This document shows positions 25,150-38,334 of a DNA stretch of 64,000 nt, piece after piece. Both the position numbers and the translations under genes were made by a program. Each line of letters opens with the position of its first letter. Position 1 is the first letter of the stretch. This DNA is from Octopus vulgaris (lineage: Eukaryota), in NCBI GenBank assembly GCA_951406725.2, contig OX597821.1, positions 112,592,001-112,656,000 on the forward strand, read 5' to 3'. The notes below the pieces were generated by a model. It was not told the DNA's origin, ran no database searches, and saw only the letters and a program-made list of their open reading frames with translations.

Positions 25150-25325
25150 CACCACCACCACCGGTCGGAAGGCTAATCCGTCGCAGGGTTACCCATGTAC
25201 AGCCGAACGGACTGGAGCAACATGAAATGACGTGTTTGTTTCATGAATACGACGCGCCTCCGGGAATCGAACTCATGATGCAGCGATTGTGAGTGTAACA
25301 CGCCTAACCACTGAACCACCGCGCA
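25150..25325 (-). mobile_element. Degraded tRNA-derived SINE
   Basis: Minus-strand head gcgcggtggttcagtggttaggc..gagttcgattcccgg, followed by the ..gttgctccagtcc.. body shared with families C and D. Confidence 0.7.
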
Positions 25326-25545
25326 TCATCCTACACACACACTCACACACATATTTATCTGAGAAATTATACTTTTTAATAGCGAATTCAGAGTTCACTA
25401 AAAAGATGTCCTCCCTAGAACTATCCAGAAACAATTGCTTTCAGGTAAAAATCTACTAAACGTAAATAAAAGGATAAGTAATGAAAAGTTTAAAAATATA
25501 GAAACAAAAGAACAGATAGTATAAAATGTCTTCGTTGATTAGATT

Positions 25546-25628
25546 ACGAAAATCGATAGTTTCTGGTGGACACGAAAATCGATAGATGCTGGTGGACACG
25601 AAAATCGATAGTCTCTGGTGGACACGAA
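25546..25628. repeat. 26-bp minisatellite, 3.2 copies
   Basis: acgaaaatcgatagNNNctggtggac at 25546, 25572 and 25598. Confidence 0.92.
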
Positions 25629-25998
25629 GTGAAATATCCAAACGTAGAGCCACTTGGATGGTTACAGCTTCTGACTTGAGAAAGATATTATTTCACACAC
25701 TGTTCGGTAATATTGTAGATAATTTACAAGCGATAAGTGGTTGATAGCGACCTCAAAGTTTCGGCTTGTTAGACCTCGTCAGATTCTGATATTAAGAAAC
25801 GCTACTAAAATGTATTAAGAAATCTTTCAGTTTGATATCTATTTATCCATGTATTTTTTTTTACTTGTTTCAACCATTTGACTGTGGCCATGCTAAGACA
25901 CCCACCGCATTGAGGAATTTTTAGCCGAATGAATGGACCACGGTGCAATTTAAAGTCAAACCGCGAGCAAGCTTTGGTGTCTTAATTCTTGAATATAT

Positions 25999-26293
25999 TT
26001 GGCACTCTGTCGCTTACAACAATGAGGGTTCCAGTTGATTTAGTTAATGGAACAGGCTGTTTGTGAAATTAATGTGCAAGTGGCTGAGTACTCCACGGGC
26101 ATGCGTACTCTTAACGCAGTTCTCAGAATATGGCATCGCTGGCCCTTTGAAATACAAGCACTACTAATTCTTGCCAGCTGAGTGGGCTGGAGCAACGTGA
26201 AATAAAGTGTTTTGTTCAAGGACAGAACGCACTGCAAGGAATCGAACTCACAACCTTGTGATCGTAAACCGAATATCCTAACCATTAAGCCAC
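25999..26293 (-). mobile_element. tRNA-derived SINE (family D here)
   Basis: Head gtggcttaatggttagg..gagttcgattcc; tail ..gtaagcgacagagtgcc; related copy at 37705-37907 (+). Confidence 0.8.
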
Positions 26294-26321
26294 TAACCAA
26301 CGAGCTGGTCTATGCTATACG

Positions 26322-26658
26322 GAGACCCTTTTCGGTCACGAATGACCATGGGATTGCACCTAGAAAGTTACCCTCCGAGGCACAAGTCCGGGCAAGGTTG
26401 CTTTATGGAAGACCAGCAGTACCAGCCTCCCCTCTTCATGCCACTGATATTATCCAAGGAAATCCAAGGAAAAGGCAAAGGGGCCGATATAGCTTAGCAC
26501 CAGTGACATTGCAACTCATTTCTACAGCTGAGTGAACAGGAGCAACGTGAAATAAAGTCTCTTGCTCAATAACACAACACGCTGCCCGTTCCGGGATTCG
26601 AACTCACAACCACACGGTCGTAAGCCCGACGCTCTAACCACTGAACCATGCGCCTTCA
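26322..26658 (-). mobile_element. tRNA-derived SINE (family C)
   Basis: Reverse-complement homologue of 5826-6172. Confidence 0.85.
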
Positions 26659-27899
26659 CTTGTCTATGTAGGCTTTGTATAACCATAAATAAAAATGGCA
26701 GTTATCAGTTGAGCTACGAAATCACCTTTGGAAGAATTCGGAAAGCTCGATTACTAGCACATTTTCGGCTGTAGTTTTTGAAGCGAAAGAGATTGTAGCT
26801 CATCACATCATTTCTGACGTCATCACCCTTGTTTTATTTATTTGCTTGAAAATAGATAGCAATAGATTTGGATTCATTCTATGCCTACAAGTCGATATCA
26901 ACTCTGTACTTCTATTCATTAACAGTTCGGAAAGTGGTTACATAATGCAAGATTTTTCAGTCAAAGGGAAAACTGCAGTTCTGAGGTTGTTCTGTTCAAG
27001 ACACTCATACGTATCTTTCTTTTGCCATCAAACAGTGTTTTCCATGTAAAGGTTCCCTTCCGAAAATGTATGTATGTTAGGATAGTCATTTCTTGAAACA
27101 GTTTACTGTTATTCCAATGAAAGCCATAGTACTGGCGACTTTATTTCCAGCTGAAACCGTTTGATACGCCATACAGTTACTCATGAACCGGTAAAGCAAG
27201 GGATACGACGCAGTGATTCGGCAATTGCAGGTCACCGACTTTTGTGATGCGAATTTTATCTATTTACTTATTCATTTATTTTTGAAGAATTCTGTGGTTA
27301 TGTAAAGGAATGATTTTTATAATAGAAAGGCTAGTGGGGACACACACACACACACATGCATGTATCTGAGTATATAAGAATATATACATACACACACATA
27401 TGTACGGCGTCCGATTATCTAAAATTTTCCTTATATGCAAAGCAAACATACGTTGATCTATATGGTTACATACGCCCATACATAGAGAAGCATACACACA
27501 CATACGATTGTACATAAATTCATGTTTACACATACATATATACAAAGATACATGTATAAACATATAGATGTGCGAGTCTACGTGAGTTTGTAAACACACA
27601 CACACACACACATATATATATGTATATATATATAAGCATGCGTATATATGTGTGTGTGCGTGTGTGTATAACTTTATAGACCTGCATTTTTATGAATATA
27701 TTTATTGCAGCTACGTAAAAGCTGTGATATCTATAAATGTTTGTGGCTTTACATTTATATCTCTCGACAATATATCATATGTGTGTGGTTGTATGTGTGT
27801 GAGTGTGTGTGTGTATATATATACATACAAGTATAGATATAAGTACGTATATACGTATCCATATATATATATATATATACATATAAATATATATAGTTT

Positions 27900-27943
<44 letters not shown>

Positions 27944-27953
27944 TATATAGTTT

Positions 27954-28017
<64 letters not shown>

Positions 28018-28315
28018 GCCATGCTTGATTGAGTCAATGAAATATGACGTAATTGGCACTGACCTAATACACATTCTGTGGCAGCTTCCAAACTTCTGGA
28101 ACTGAAATAATATGGTTCCAAGCTCTGTTAGTGTTTTTCTCTTTGAAGTCTTTCGTAGGGATAATTGCATTTATTAAGGTTCATTTAGACTTCCAGCCTT
28201 GCTTTTGTACACAGAGGCAGGCATTCATTTGTTGATATATGAATATGTAGATATACGTATAGGTGTATAGTTGTATATGTGTATATATGTGTGTATGCAT
28301 GCGTACGTATGTATG

Positions 28316-28370
<55 letters not shown>

Positions 28371-28810
28371 GTGCACCCATATATGCCCGTATATGTGCAT
28401 ATGTGTAGACACGTGTATATGTATGTATACATGTATATAGATGTATATGGACATATATATATACACATACACACATACACAAACATATATATTTATATAC
28501 ATACATACATACATATATATATATGTATATGTATATACATATATATATGTATATATATATATATTTACATTCATATATGCATGTGTCTGTATGTGTGTGT
28601 ATATATATATATGCATGAGTGTGTGTATGTGTGTGTATGTGTGTGTGTGTGCACGCGCGCTTGGGAGTATGTGTGCATGTCCTTTCGGTAGAGTGAGTGA
28701 GTCAAAGCTTTAGAAAGACATTCAGTTTCCTTAATAGAAACATCATTGTAGAAGTGAAGATAGGAACAAAGAGAAAGACAGAGAGAGACAGACAGAGAAA
28801 GACAGAGGAC

Positions 28811-28846
<36 letters not shown>

Positions 28847-29164
28847 TGTGTGAAAGAGAGTCCGACAGGCTGACAGACAGACAGGCTGAAAGCACTATGC
28901 AAAATTGTTGCTTCGTCCAAGCATGATAAAAGCTCCCACCATTAGATACAGATTCCTTATCATGCTTGATAAAACACTGAGAAACTATCTACCGGAAAGT
29001 GTTAATATTCTGCAAACCATATCTACTAGATATTAAGGCAACACGTATACATCCATCCGTCCATCCATCCATCCATCCATCCGTGCATACATACATAAGC
29101 ATGCATATATGTATATATGTGCATGCTTATGTATGTAGATATACGTATATGTATGTGTGTATAT

Positions 29165-29223
<59 letters not shown>

Positions 29224-30009
29224 GTATATATATATATATGTATATATATATTTATATATACACATATATATGTATGTATATATATATATGTGTATATATA
29301 TATACATATATATATGTATGTATATATATATATATATATATGTATGTATATATATATATATATGTGTGTGTGTATATATATATACATATATATATGTGTG
29401 TATATATATATACATACATATATGTATGTATATATATATATATGTATGTATGTATGTATGTATATATATATATATATATATACATATATATACGGATATA
29501 TATGTAAATTTGGACAGATATATACATAATATTGACACATATGTACGCGTATATATGCATATATATCTTATATATAGATATATAAAGATAGCTAGATAGA
29601 TAAAGAGAGAGAGAAAGAGATAGAGAGAGAGAGATATGAGTGAATTTATATTTATATGAAAATATTAATATATATATACACATAAGATTGTCTCTTTCTA
29701 TACGTATACTCACGTGCGCTCTCTCTCTCTCTCTCTCTCTCAATCCCTCTTCCTCTTCCTCTTTATGTGTGTATGTGTGTCTGTGTGCGCGCGTGCGCAC
29801 GGGTGCGTTTTGCAACAGCAATATGGTAAGAAATGAGAACCGCAGCAGCATGAAAATATACTGAGAACTTTGTAGAAGTTAAGCTTTATCATTGAAATTT
29901 ATTCCGTTTTTATTCTCTCGAGAATAATACAATTTGAAGAAATAGTTATGCAATATACAATAATTCTGAATGCTCAAAACAAATGTGTGGACAACCCTTC
30001 TGACAAGAG

Positions 30010-30510
30010 AAAGCAATGTCATAACTGAGAATGATACCTGTGTGACTCTTAGATGTTGAACTTTGGGACCATCTTAAAACATTGAATCTTTATTATGCCC
30101 ATCGCTCCATCAGTTGCACAATGTGGTAAAATACCACCAACATTGCCGAAACGACCTTAACATCAGATTCGGAATTCATCCTAGGCTGGAGCCAGGTGTC
30201 ATGCACCTCTGCATAATTCGTGCTCACATCACATCAATTTACTGCATTACAGTTGCTTTTCTTCAGGTCCTATTCTCTTTGACATTATCCCAAAAACAAA
30301 CCATAGAAAGAGGTTCCATTACCTTCAAACGAAAACCAGGACAAATTTCTTCAAGTGATTACAGACAAGCCACGTTTATCTTGATACATCTCAATCAGCA
30401 TCTCCCTACATCAATGGGCCATGATACCACACAATTTGGCTTTAAAACGTCTTACAAATTCTCTCAGATTATGCTATGAAGTTAAACATGACCTGGGACA
30501 ATGTTTGGCC
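30010..30510 (+). mobile_element. Degraded CR1-group LINE 3' end
   Basis: ..WDHLKTLNLY..NDLNIRFGIHPRL..SGPILFDIIPK..ITFKRK..DKFLQVITDKP..QWAMIPH (with frameshifts); same family as 14207-14561. Confidence 0.65.
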
Positions 30511-30670
30511 GAAATATACATTAATGATCTAAGTTATCTAAATTATATATATATATAACATCTTTTACTTGTTTCACGGGTTGGACTGCGGTCATGCTGG
30601 GATATATTCTTCTATCTCTGTTTAACTATGCTCTGATACAAAATATATTCAATATAAAATTTTGGTGCAT

Positions 30671-30845
30671 GGCGATGAGCTGGCAGAATCGTCCGTCTTT
30701 ATGTTCTGAATACAAATTCCGCCGAGTCGACTTTGCCATTCATCCTTTCGGGATCGATAAATTAAGTACCAGTTGAACACTGAGGTCGATGTAATCGACT
30801 TCCCCTCCCCCTAAATTTCAGGTCTCGTCTCAATTATTTGAAATT
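30671..30845 (+). mobile_element. SINE A with internal deletion
   Basis: ggcgatgagctggcagaatcgt..ccgagtcgactttgcc..gtcgatgtaatcgact. Confidence 0.8.
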
Positions 30846-31126
30846 AATATATGTCCTTCTTGGAAGCCATTAAATCTTGGCTAAGCAATTATTACATCAT
30901 TATATATGTTCTAGGTACATCGAACCGGCTAGAAAATTTTAGGAACTTGATTTGCCAGAAATAGCAACAAAATCATTCGGAAATTTCATTTTACTGTCTT
31001 TAAAATGTGGAGGTAAAACTGGAAAATGTGTTCTTAAACATACTAAATCTTGAAGAAAATAATGTTGGATTGTCACGAAATTACATCTACCAATGCGGCG
31101 TTGAGCACTCATTTTCATCACTCGAC

Positions 31127-31178
<52 letters not shown>

Positions 31179-31294
31179 GGAGAGAGAGAGAGAGAAAGAG
31201 AGGGATAGATAGATACCTGTCATGTGTATATATATATCCTACATAAATTGTAAGTTGTTGTACATTGATTTCTAAACTACTCCATCGGCATTTT

Positions 31295-31835
31295 AAAATG
31301 GGCCAGATTTCACATCTGATCACTTTTAAAGGGAGCCTATATTTTACATCTGGTATAGATCTATTACTAGCTGAAAGGGTTTTACAGTTTGCATCTAACA
31401 TCTTGAAAAGGACGCTTATATTTCACATCGGACTTAGGCTTATTACTCGCTGAAAAGGACGCTTAAATTTCACATTTGACAGGTTTGGAATGAAACCTTT
31501 TACAGGTTTGGAATGAAGTTTATGTTTCACACCTGAAAATTGATCTATTACAAGTTGAAAGGAATTTACACATCACGCCTAACCTGGGTCTCATACTTGT
31601 CGAAAGAGTGGGGTCTTACATTTCACACCTGACTTGGGTTTATTACACGTTCAAAGGCGTTTACGTTTCACATCTGCACTGTTATTACCAATTCAAATAG
31701 AACCTAGATTGCACACCTGATCCGGGCATGATTTGAAGCGTAAATTTTAAATCAATTCCGAATCTATTAGCAGTGAAAATGGGGCCTACACATCACATTT
31801 AGTTCGGACCTATTAACCAGCTTTAAACGGACCTA
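31295..31835. repeat. Degenerate ~44-bp minisatellite
   Basis: Recurring tttcaca(c/t)ctga..tattac..tgaaa.g units, roughly 10-12 diverged copies. Confidence 0.7.
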
Positions 31836-32472
31836 AATACGAACTTAACATCAAACGCATAAACTTGAGTGTACGATTTTTACCGATGTAGACAGCAACA
31901 CGCTTTCTTCCATCTCTGTTTTTACACAATTAAAAAGCAATGTTCAAAACCTAAACTGACTTCCAAAAGACATTCCTGATATAAAAGAAATGAAAGAAAC
32001 GGTAAGAAGAGAAAAAAATTACAAGTTTAGATATTTAGCGTCGTACAAAGAATGGTAAACTTAACGAGAAAGAATATATGAATGAATTCAAAGTTGAGGT
32101 TGCACAATTAATCCTTCGTCATTCATCTGTGATTTTATTTTATCTGTTCTTCTATTATTCGAGATTATTGGCGTCTCGTTTTGTGGATGGCGACATAGCT
32201 TCGCTTCTGAGTAACGATGCGTCTTTTATATCGAAAGATGAAGACAAAATATTCTTTGATCAGCTCCTTTTATAACATGAGCTCTACCGAACCAGAACTT
32301 GTTGATGTTGTTATTGTTATTGTCGAAGTTCTACTAAACAACAACAACAACATCAACAACAACACCAACAGCAACAACAACAACACTAGAGGACAAATGA
32401 AATTAATTTTAATATACACCTTTTATTTTCGCTTGTTTATCAATGAAAACAATTCTGTTTTTCAACACTTGA

Positions 32473-32551
<79 letters not shown>

Positions 32552-32717
32552 ACATTGCTGTTGTTGTTGTTGTAGTTGTTGGTGTTTTTAATTGCCGTCT
32601 AAGGTTCCATTTAATATTCCTGATTTGGTCAGTCAACATGGAAAGATATTTCGACTTGATAACGGAAGTCACGATGGTTGCCGATAGCTTAAGTGTTGCT
32701 GTTGCTAGAGCCGGGAC

Positions 32718-32858
32718 CGCCGCCGCTGCTGCCGTTGCCGCTGCTGCCGTTGCCGCTGCTGCCGTTGCCGCTGCTGCCGTTGCCGCTGCTGCCGTTGCCG
32801 CTGCTGCCGTTGCCGCTGCTGCTGCCGCCGCTGCTGCTGCCGTTGCCGTTGCTGTTGA
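32718..32858. repeat. GC-rich 15-bp repeat (gccgttgccgctgct)n
   Basis: Six perfect units at 32731-32820. Confidence 0.92.
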
Positions 32859-32924
32859 TGATTAATGATGACGATGATAGTGAATATCCACAACTGCAAT
32901 GATAACAACGGTAACTGCGATAAC

Positions 32925-32942
32925 GATTGCGACGACGACGAC

Positions 32943-32979
<37 letters not shown>

Positions 32980-33525
32980 GTGGTGGTAGTGGCGGCGGTG
33001 GTGACATTCAAGTTAGTGGTGGTGATGAGGACGATCTACGATGACGACGACGACGACAATGATGATGATGATGATGATGATGACGACGACGATGACGACG
33101 ATGACGATGATGATGACGATGATGATGATTATGATGATGATGATGATGGTGATGATGGTGATGATGATGATGATGATGATGGTGGTGGTGAGGAGGATGA
33201 GGAGGCGGAGGAGGATCAGGATGATGATGATGACGACGATGACGATGATGATGATGATGATGATAATGATGTTGATGATGACGACGACGACGACAATGAT
33301 GATGATGATGATGATGATGCTGATGATAGTGGTGGTGTTGGTGTTGGTGGCGGCGGTGGTGGCTGTAATGTTAGTGGTTATGATGAGGACGATGACGACG
33401 ACGACGACGATGATGATGATGATGATGATGACGGTGACAATGGCGTTCACGACGACGGTGATGATGGTGATAAAGATGACGACGATGATGATCATCATGA
33501 TGAGGATGTGGAGGAGGAAGAGGAA
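32925..33525. repeat. (GAT)/(GAC)/(GGT)n compound microsatellite
   Basis: Direct reading. Confidence 0.92.
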
Positions 33526-34225
33526 TAGGGGGAAAGAAGAGAGTAGTTACACCTTCCATACCAAACTTACCAAATCACCATTTTTTCTTATCACAAACGG
33601 TATCACCTCCAACCGTACCCTTTCTCACTCTCTTTCCTTCTCTCTCTCTTTCCTTCTCTCACTCTCTTTCCTCCTCTCTCTCTCTCTTTCTCTCCCTCTC
33701 ACTCCAAGTTGTTACATGAAATATTTACACGCCAGATAAACTATGAATGAAACACTGAATCTCTATAACGATCGATCTACCAAAGATAATCGATTCCCTT
33801 CGTTCCTGCTGCAATCATTATCCAGTGTAAAGGATAACGCAATCGTTTATTCATACACTGGATGTTTCTCAAATCAGGATGTTTCCCCGTGGAATATCCT
33901 GTGTCCTGCGCTGCTGAGGCCGCTTATAGTATCATCAAAACTTGACAACAACAACTTATTAATATATACATATATATATATATATATATAACTAATACTA
34001 TATACATGTGTATGTATATGCATATAATACTAATACTATAAGTGTGTGTGTATATGTGTGTGCATATATACATATATATATACATACACACACATACACA
34101 CATATACACACACACACATGCGTGAATATATGTATATATATAAACTATATATATAATAAATGTGTGTATATATATATATATATGACATATATACACAACA
34201 TATATCTGAATATATATACATACAA

Positions 34226-34269
<44 letters not shown>

Positions 34270-34472
34270 TTATATGTATGTATGTGGATGTATACCTGCA
34301 TGTATGTCAGTATGTACGCATGAATATATGTATGTGTATATACACATATATATGTGTATATACGTATTCGCGTGTGTATAAATGCTGGATATGTGAATGT
34401 GTGCATGTATATATGTACACACACACACATATATGCATTTACCTCTCTCTCTCTCTCTCTCTCTCAATATAT

Positions 34473-34507
<35 letters not shown>

Positions 34508-34798
34508 CATACACACACACATACACACACACATACACACACACATACACACACACATATATATAACACATACACGCATATGCACACGTATATTTATCTC
34601 TACACACACATTTAAACGATTGCATTAAGTTATTGCTGTATCATTGGTCAAGTCACTTGGGTGCTTTTGACCAAAACACCAATTATTCTAATAATCTCCA
34701 AGCGTCGTCTCGTTTATGCCATCTCTTTGTAAGAAATGACTGGCAGTAATAATAACAACAACAACAACAACAACAACAACAGCAACAGCAACAACAAC

Positions 34799-34856
<58 letters not shown>

Positions 34857-35130
34857 GCTTGGGAGGTGAAGCAGTTGTGGTCACTGAAAAAGGTTGTTGT
34901 TGTACAAATAATTGTCGGAGCCCTGGGAACAGTGAGCAAACATCTTGAGAAGTACATGGAAGAAATAGGGGCTGCAATAAGGGTGGAGCACTTGCAGAAA
35001 ACAGCACTGCTTGGGACCGCTCGAATATTCCGGATGGTGTTCGAAAAATAAGGGGTGTTACCTTAGTTCACTAGTAAGTGAACCGCTGACGCCGTAGTAC
35101 ATCTCCAGCGTTAGAAGCTGTGCAAAGACA

Positions 35131-35132
<2 letters not shown>
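34857..35132 (+). mobile_element. R4/Dong-like RLE LINE 3' end in (TAA)n
   Basis: AWEVKQLWSLKKVVVVQIIVGALGTVSKHLEKYMEEIGAAIRVEHLQKTALLGTARIFRMVFEK* plus a short UTR; (AAT)n on both sides. Confidence 0.85.
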
Positions 35133-35185
<53 letters not shown>

Positions 35186-35429
35186 GGTTTCAAATTTTGC
35201 CATAAGAGCAGCAATTTCGGGGCAGGTTATGAGTTGATTACATCAACCCCAGTGTTTAACTGGTACTTACTTTATCGATTCTATCTATTTTCTTTATTGA
35301 TTTGTAATGTTAACAATGTCGAGACAGTGTAGAAATTATCCTGATATGTTTTATTAAGTCTGTGGATAATTTCTTTTAAAGGATAAAAAAATGTACAATA
35401 ACACCAGAGATCAAGAAGACTTATAAGCT

Positions 35430-35470
35430 ACTAGCATTATGACCCGTCGTTGCCGAGTCACAGTGCTAGT
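35430..35470. other. 41-bp imperfect palindrome resembling Helitron 3' ends on both strands
   Basis: actagcattatgacccg-tcgttgc-cgagtcacagtgctagt; similar to the reverse complement of 24858-24886. Confidence 0.55.
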
Positions 35471-35639
35471 GCATGTATATATGTATATATATGTGTACAT
35501 ATTACTTGTACATCTATATACATACATTTACACATAAAATACAAAATACAAAGTTATATTTTGATATCGCTAGTAATAACAATACTCAAAATATTTAACA
35601 GACTGGAATCGTAGGCCCGTCTCTTGCAATTTCGATCAA

Positions 35640-36671
35640 TTGTATCTTGTCCTGCAGGGAATGCAGTCAGGTTTCACAAAATACTGTTGTTTCTTGTGTA
35701 TATGGGAGAGTCGGCCAACTGACAGACATTATTCGGAATCAAACTGGCAGACAAGAACATCATACCGGCCAGGACTGTCTAGCGTCAAGAATATACCTCT
35801 TGTAGATCCATGTAATATCCTATTGCCGTCTTTGCACATAGAGCTTGGACTGATAAAACAGTTTGTACAGACACAAGGGAAGAGAAATACCAGAGGGTTT
35901 AAGTATATTGTAGAAAAAGTTTCCCCAAATCACACAGGCGAAGTTGAAAGTGAGTATCTTAGTTGGACCCCAAATTATCGAAGTACTCAAAGATGTCAAC
36001 TTCAAGACAACACTGGATGAACTGGAACTGCCTGCTTAGAATGCTTTCAATTGGATCTGTAAGAATTTCTTGGGCAACAAGAAGGCAATGGACAACAAGG
36101 ATAGCATCAAGAATCTTCTGAAATATTACTCAGCAATGGATGTCACTGAAAGTTCCCTTCTGGGGCTCACATCTGGATTTCTTCGCAGATAACCTTGGAG
36201 TAGTGTCTGATGAACATGGTGAAGGACATTAGTGCTTTAGAGAAACGGTACCAAGGCTTCTGGAATGACAGTATACTGGCTGACTACTGCTGGACACTTT
36301 ACCGTGATCAATCAGATCAGAAACACCGCAGGAAATCCAAATAACAATGTTTCTAATTCTGTTGTTCTTTGTTTGTCTGACCTATTTTTTTTTTGGTATT
36401 CACTCTTTGTAGAATGATAATGATGATTTTTAACTCAATAAACTCTAAAACCAATAGGTGCTTATTGTGCTTAACGTAATAAATATGTGCTTATTTATTA
36501 TGTTAATGATTTCATATTTACAAATATGTAAATACTTGCATGTATCTAACTGAAAAACTGATACGTGCTGCATGCAAATGGAGTGAAATTTTGAAATCAG
36601 CGTGAAAAATTAGTCAAAAAAAGTTAATGCATTCATTATGAGTATAATACATTTAATTTTGTTGACCAGTG
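35640..36671 (+). mobile_element. Chapaev3-like (CMC superfamily) DNA transposon remnant with right terminus
   Basis: MQSGFTKYCCFLCIWESR..ILLPSLHIELGLIKQFV..VGPQI..KNFLGNKK..SHLDFFADNLGVVSDEHGE..EKRYQGFWNDSILADYCWTL, with stops and frameshifts; ends ..ttgttgaccagtg|taa, a CAC..GTG-type terminus with TWA flank. Confidence 0.75.
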
Positions 36672-36684
36672 TAAAAATATATAA

Positions 36685-36767
<83 letters not shown>

Positions 36768-36768
<1 letters not shown>

Positions 36769-36978
36769 GATGCCTTCAGGTTTATGTTCGTACCACTTTT
36801 TTGCTCTGTCAAGTCCATACTTGTTGCAAAGTGTCCAATGGACAATCTTTGTTATATTGTCATGATGTCTCTTATATTCTTTCTGAGTTAATGACGTACA
36901 TTGACTGGTAATTATGCCATACGGTTTCATCATTTTGTCCACAAATACTGCACTTATCACTTTCTGATGTGTCGTCTA
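36768..36978 (-). pseudogene. R4/Dong-like LINE internal fragment (CCHC region)
   Basis: DDTSESDKC..ITSQCTSLTQKEYKRHHDNITKIVHWTLCNKYGLDRAKKWYEHKPEGI; very similar to 58383-58592. Confidence 0.85.
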
Positions 36979-36990
36979 ATAAACGAACGA

Positions 36991-37055
<65 letters not shown>

Positions 37056-37101
37056 CGTCATCATCATCATCATTATCATCATCCTCATCATCATCATCAT
37101 G

Positions 37102-37177
<76 letters not shown>

Positions 37178-37182
37178 TCATG

Positions 37183-37213
<31 letters not shown>

Positions 37214-37285
37214 TTATTACCATCATCATCATCATTATCATCATCATCATTAACATTATTATTATTATCATTATTATTATTATCA

Positions 37286-37349
<64 letters not shown>

Positions 37350-37362
37350 CATGATCATGATC

Positions 37363-37409
<47 letters not shown>

Positions 37410-37625
37410 AGCAGTGAACTGGCACAATCGTTAGCACACTGGGCGAAATGCTTAGCGTTATTTCGCCCGTCGTTCCGTTCTGAGTTCAAATTCCGCCGAG
37501 GTCGATTATGCCTTTCACCCCCTTGGGGTCGATAAAAAAAGTACCACTTGAATACTGGGGTCGATGTAATCGACTTATCCCGTCCCCTAAAATTGCTACC
37601 CTTAAGGCAAAATTTGAGACCATTA
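37410..37625 (+). mobile_element. SINE A, full length
   Basis: gcagtgaactggcacaatcgttagcac..ctgagttcaaattccgccgaggtcg..aaaatttgagaccatt. Confidence 0.88.
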
Positions 37626-37704
37626 TAATTATTATTCTTATTATTTAGTGATGCTAGTAGTAGAAGTAGTAGTAACTATAACTTCTGAGATTAGTCATAG
37701 TAGT

Positions 37705-37907
37705 CGCTCCAGTTCACTCTGGTGGGAAAAATGAGTTGTATCCATAATTCAAAAGACCAGCCTTGGTAGATTCTTTGCCACCCTGAATCTCCTTGAGAAC
37801 TACGTTTAGGGTAAGCGTGTCTGCGGAATGCTCAGCCACTTGCACATTAATTTCCACGAGCAAATCGGATCAACGGGAACGCTCATCGTCGTAACCGACG
37901 GAGTGCC
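37705..37907 (+). mobile_element. SINE D, 5'-truncated
   Basis: gctccagttcactc..gctcagccacttgcacattaattt..cgtcgtaaccgacggagtgcc. Confidence 0.75.
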
Positions 37908-38334
37908 TGCAAATTTTATTTATTTATTTATTTATTAACAAATTTTGTTGGACGCTTTAACGATTCCACCATCCGTTCGTCATTAAACTGTAGCGACATC
38001 TAGTTTCAGAACCGAACACTAATATAAAGTACATCGTCTTAACCGACGGAGTGCTAACAAATTTTTATTTATTTATTTATTTATTTATTAACACATTTTG
38101 TTGGACGCTTTAACGATTCCACCATCCGTTCGTCATTAAACTGTAGCGACATCTAGTTTCAGAACCGAACACTAAATATATATAAAGTACATCGTCTTAA
38201 CCGACGGAGTGCTAACAAATTTTATTTATTTATTTATTAACTTATTTTGTTGGATGCTTTAACGATTCCGCCAGCCGTTCGTCATTAAACTGTAGCGACA
38301 TCTAGTTTCAGAACCGAGCACTAAATATAAAGTA
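37884..38334. repeat. Triplicated ~145-158-bp unit starting in the SINE 3' terminus
   Basis: Units start with catcgtc at 37884, 38032 and 38190; length differences lie mainly in internal (TTTA)n and (TA)n. Confidence 0.92.

Noticed and set aside
25546-25628. CRISPR-like reading of the 26-bp repeats (and of the 31.3-kb array)
   Set aside because: Head-to-tail units without unique spacers, eukaryotic context and no cas genes.
32638-32865. Poly-alanine protein exon
   Set aside because: ORF is mostly a 15-bp tandem repeat embedded among other microsatellites, with no supporting splice or domain evidence.
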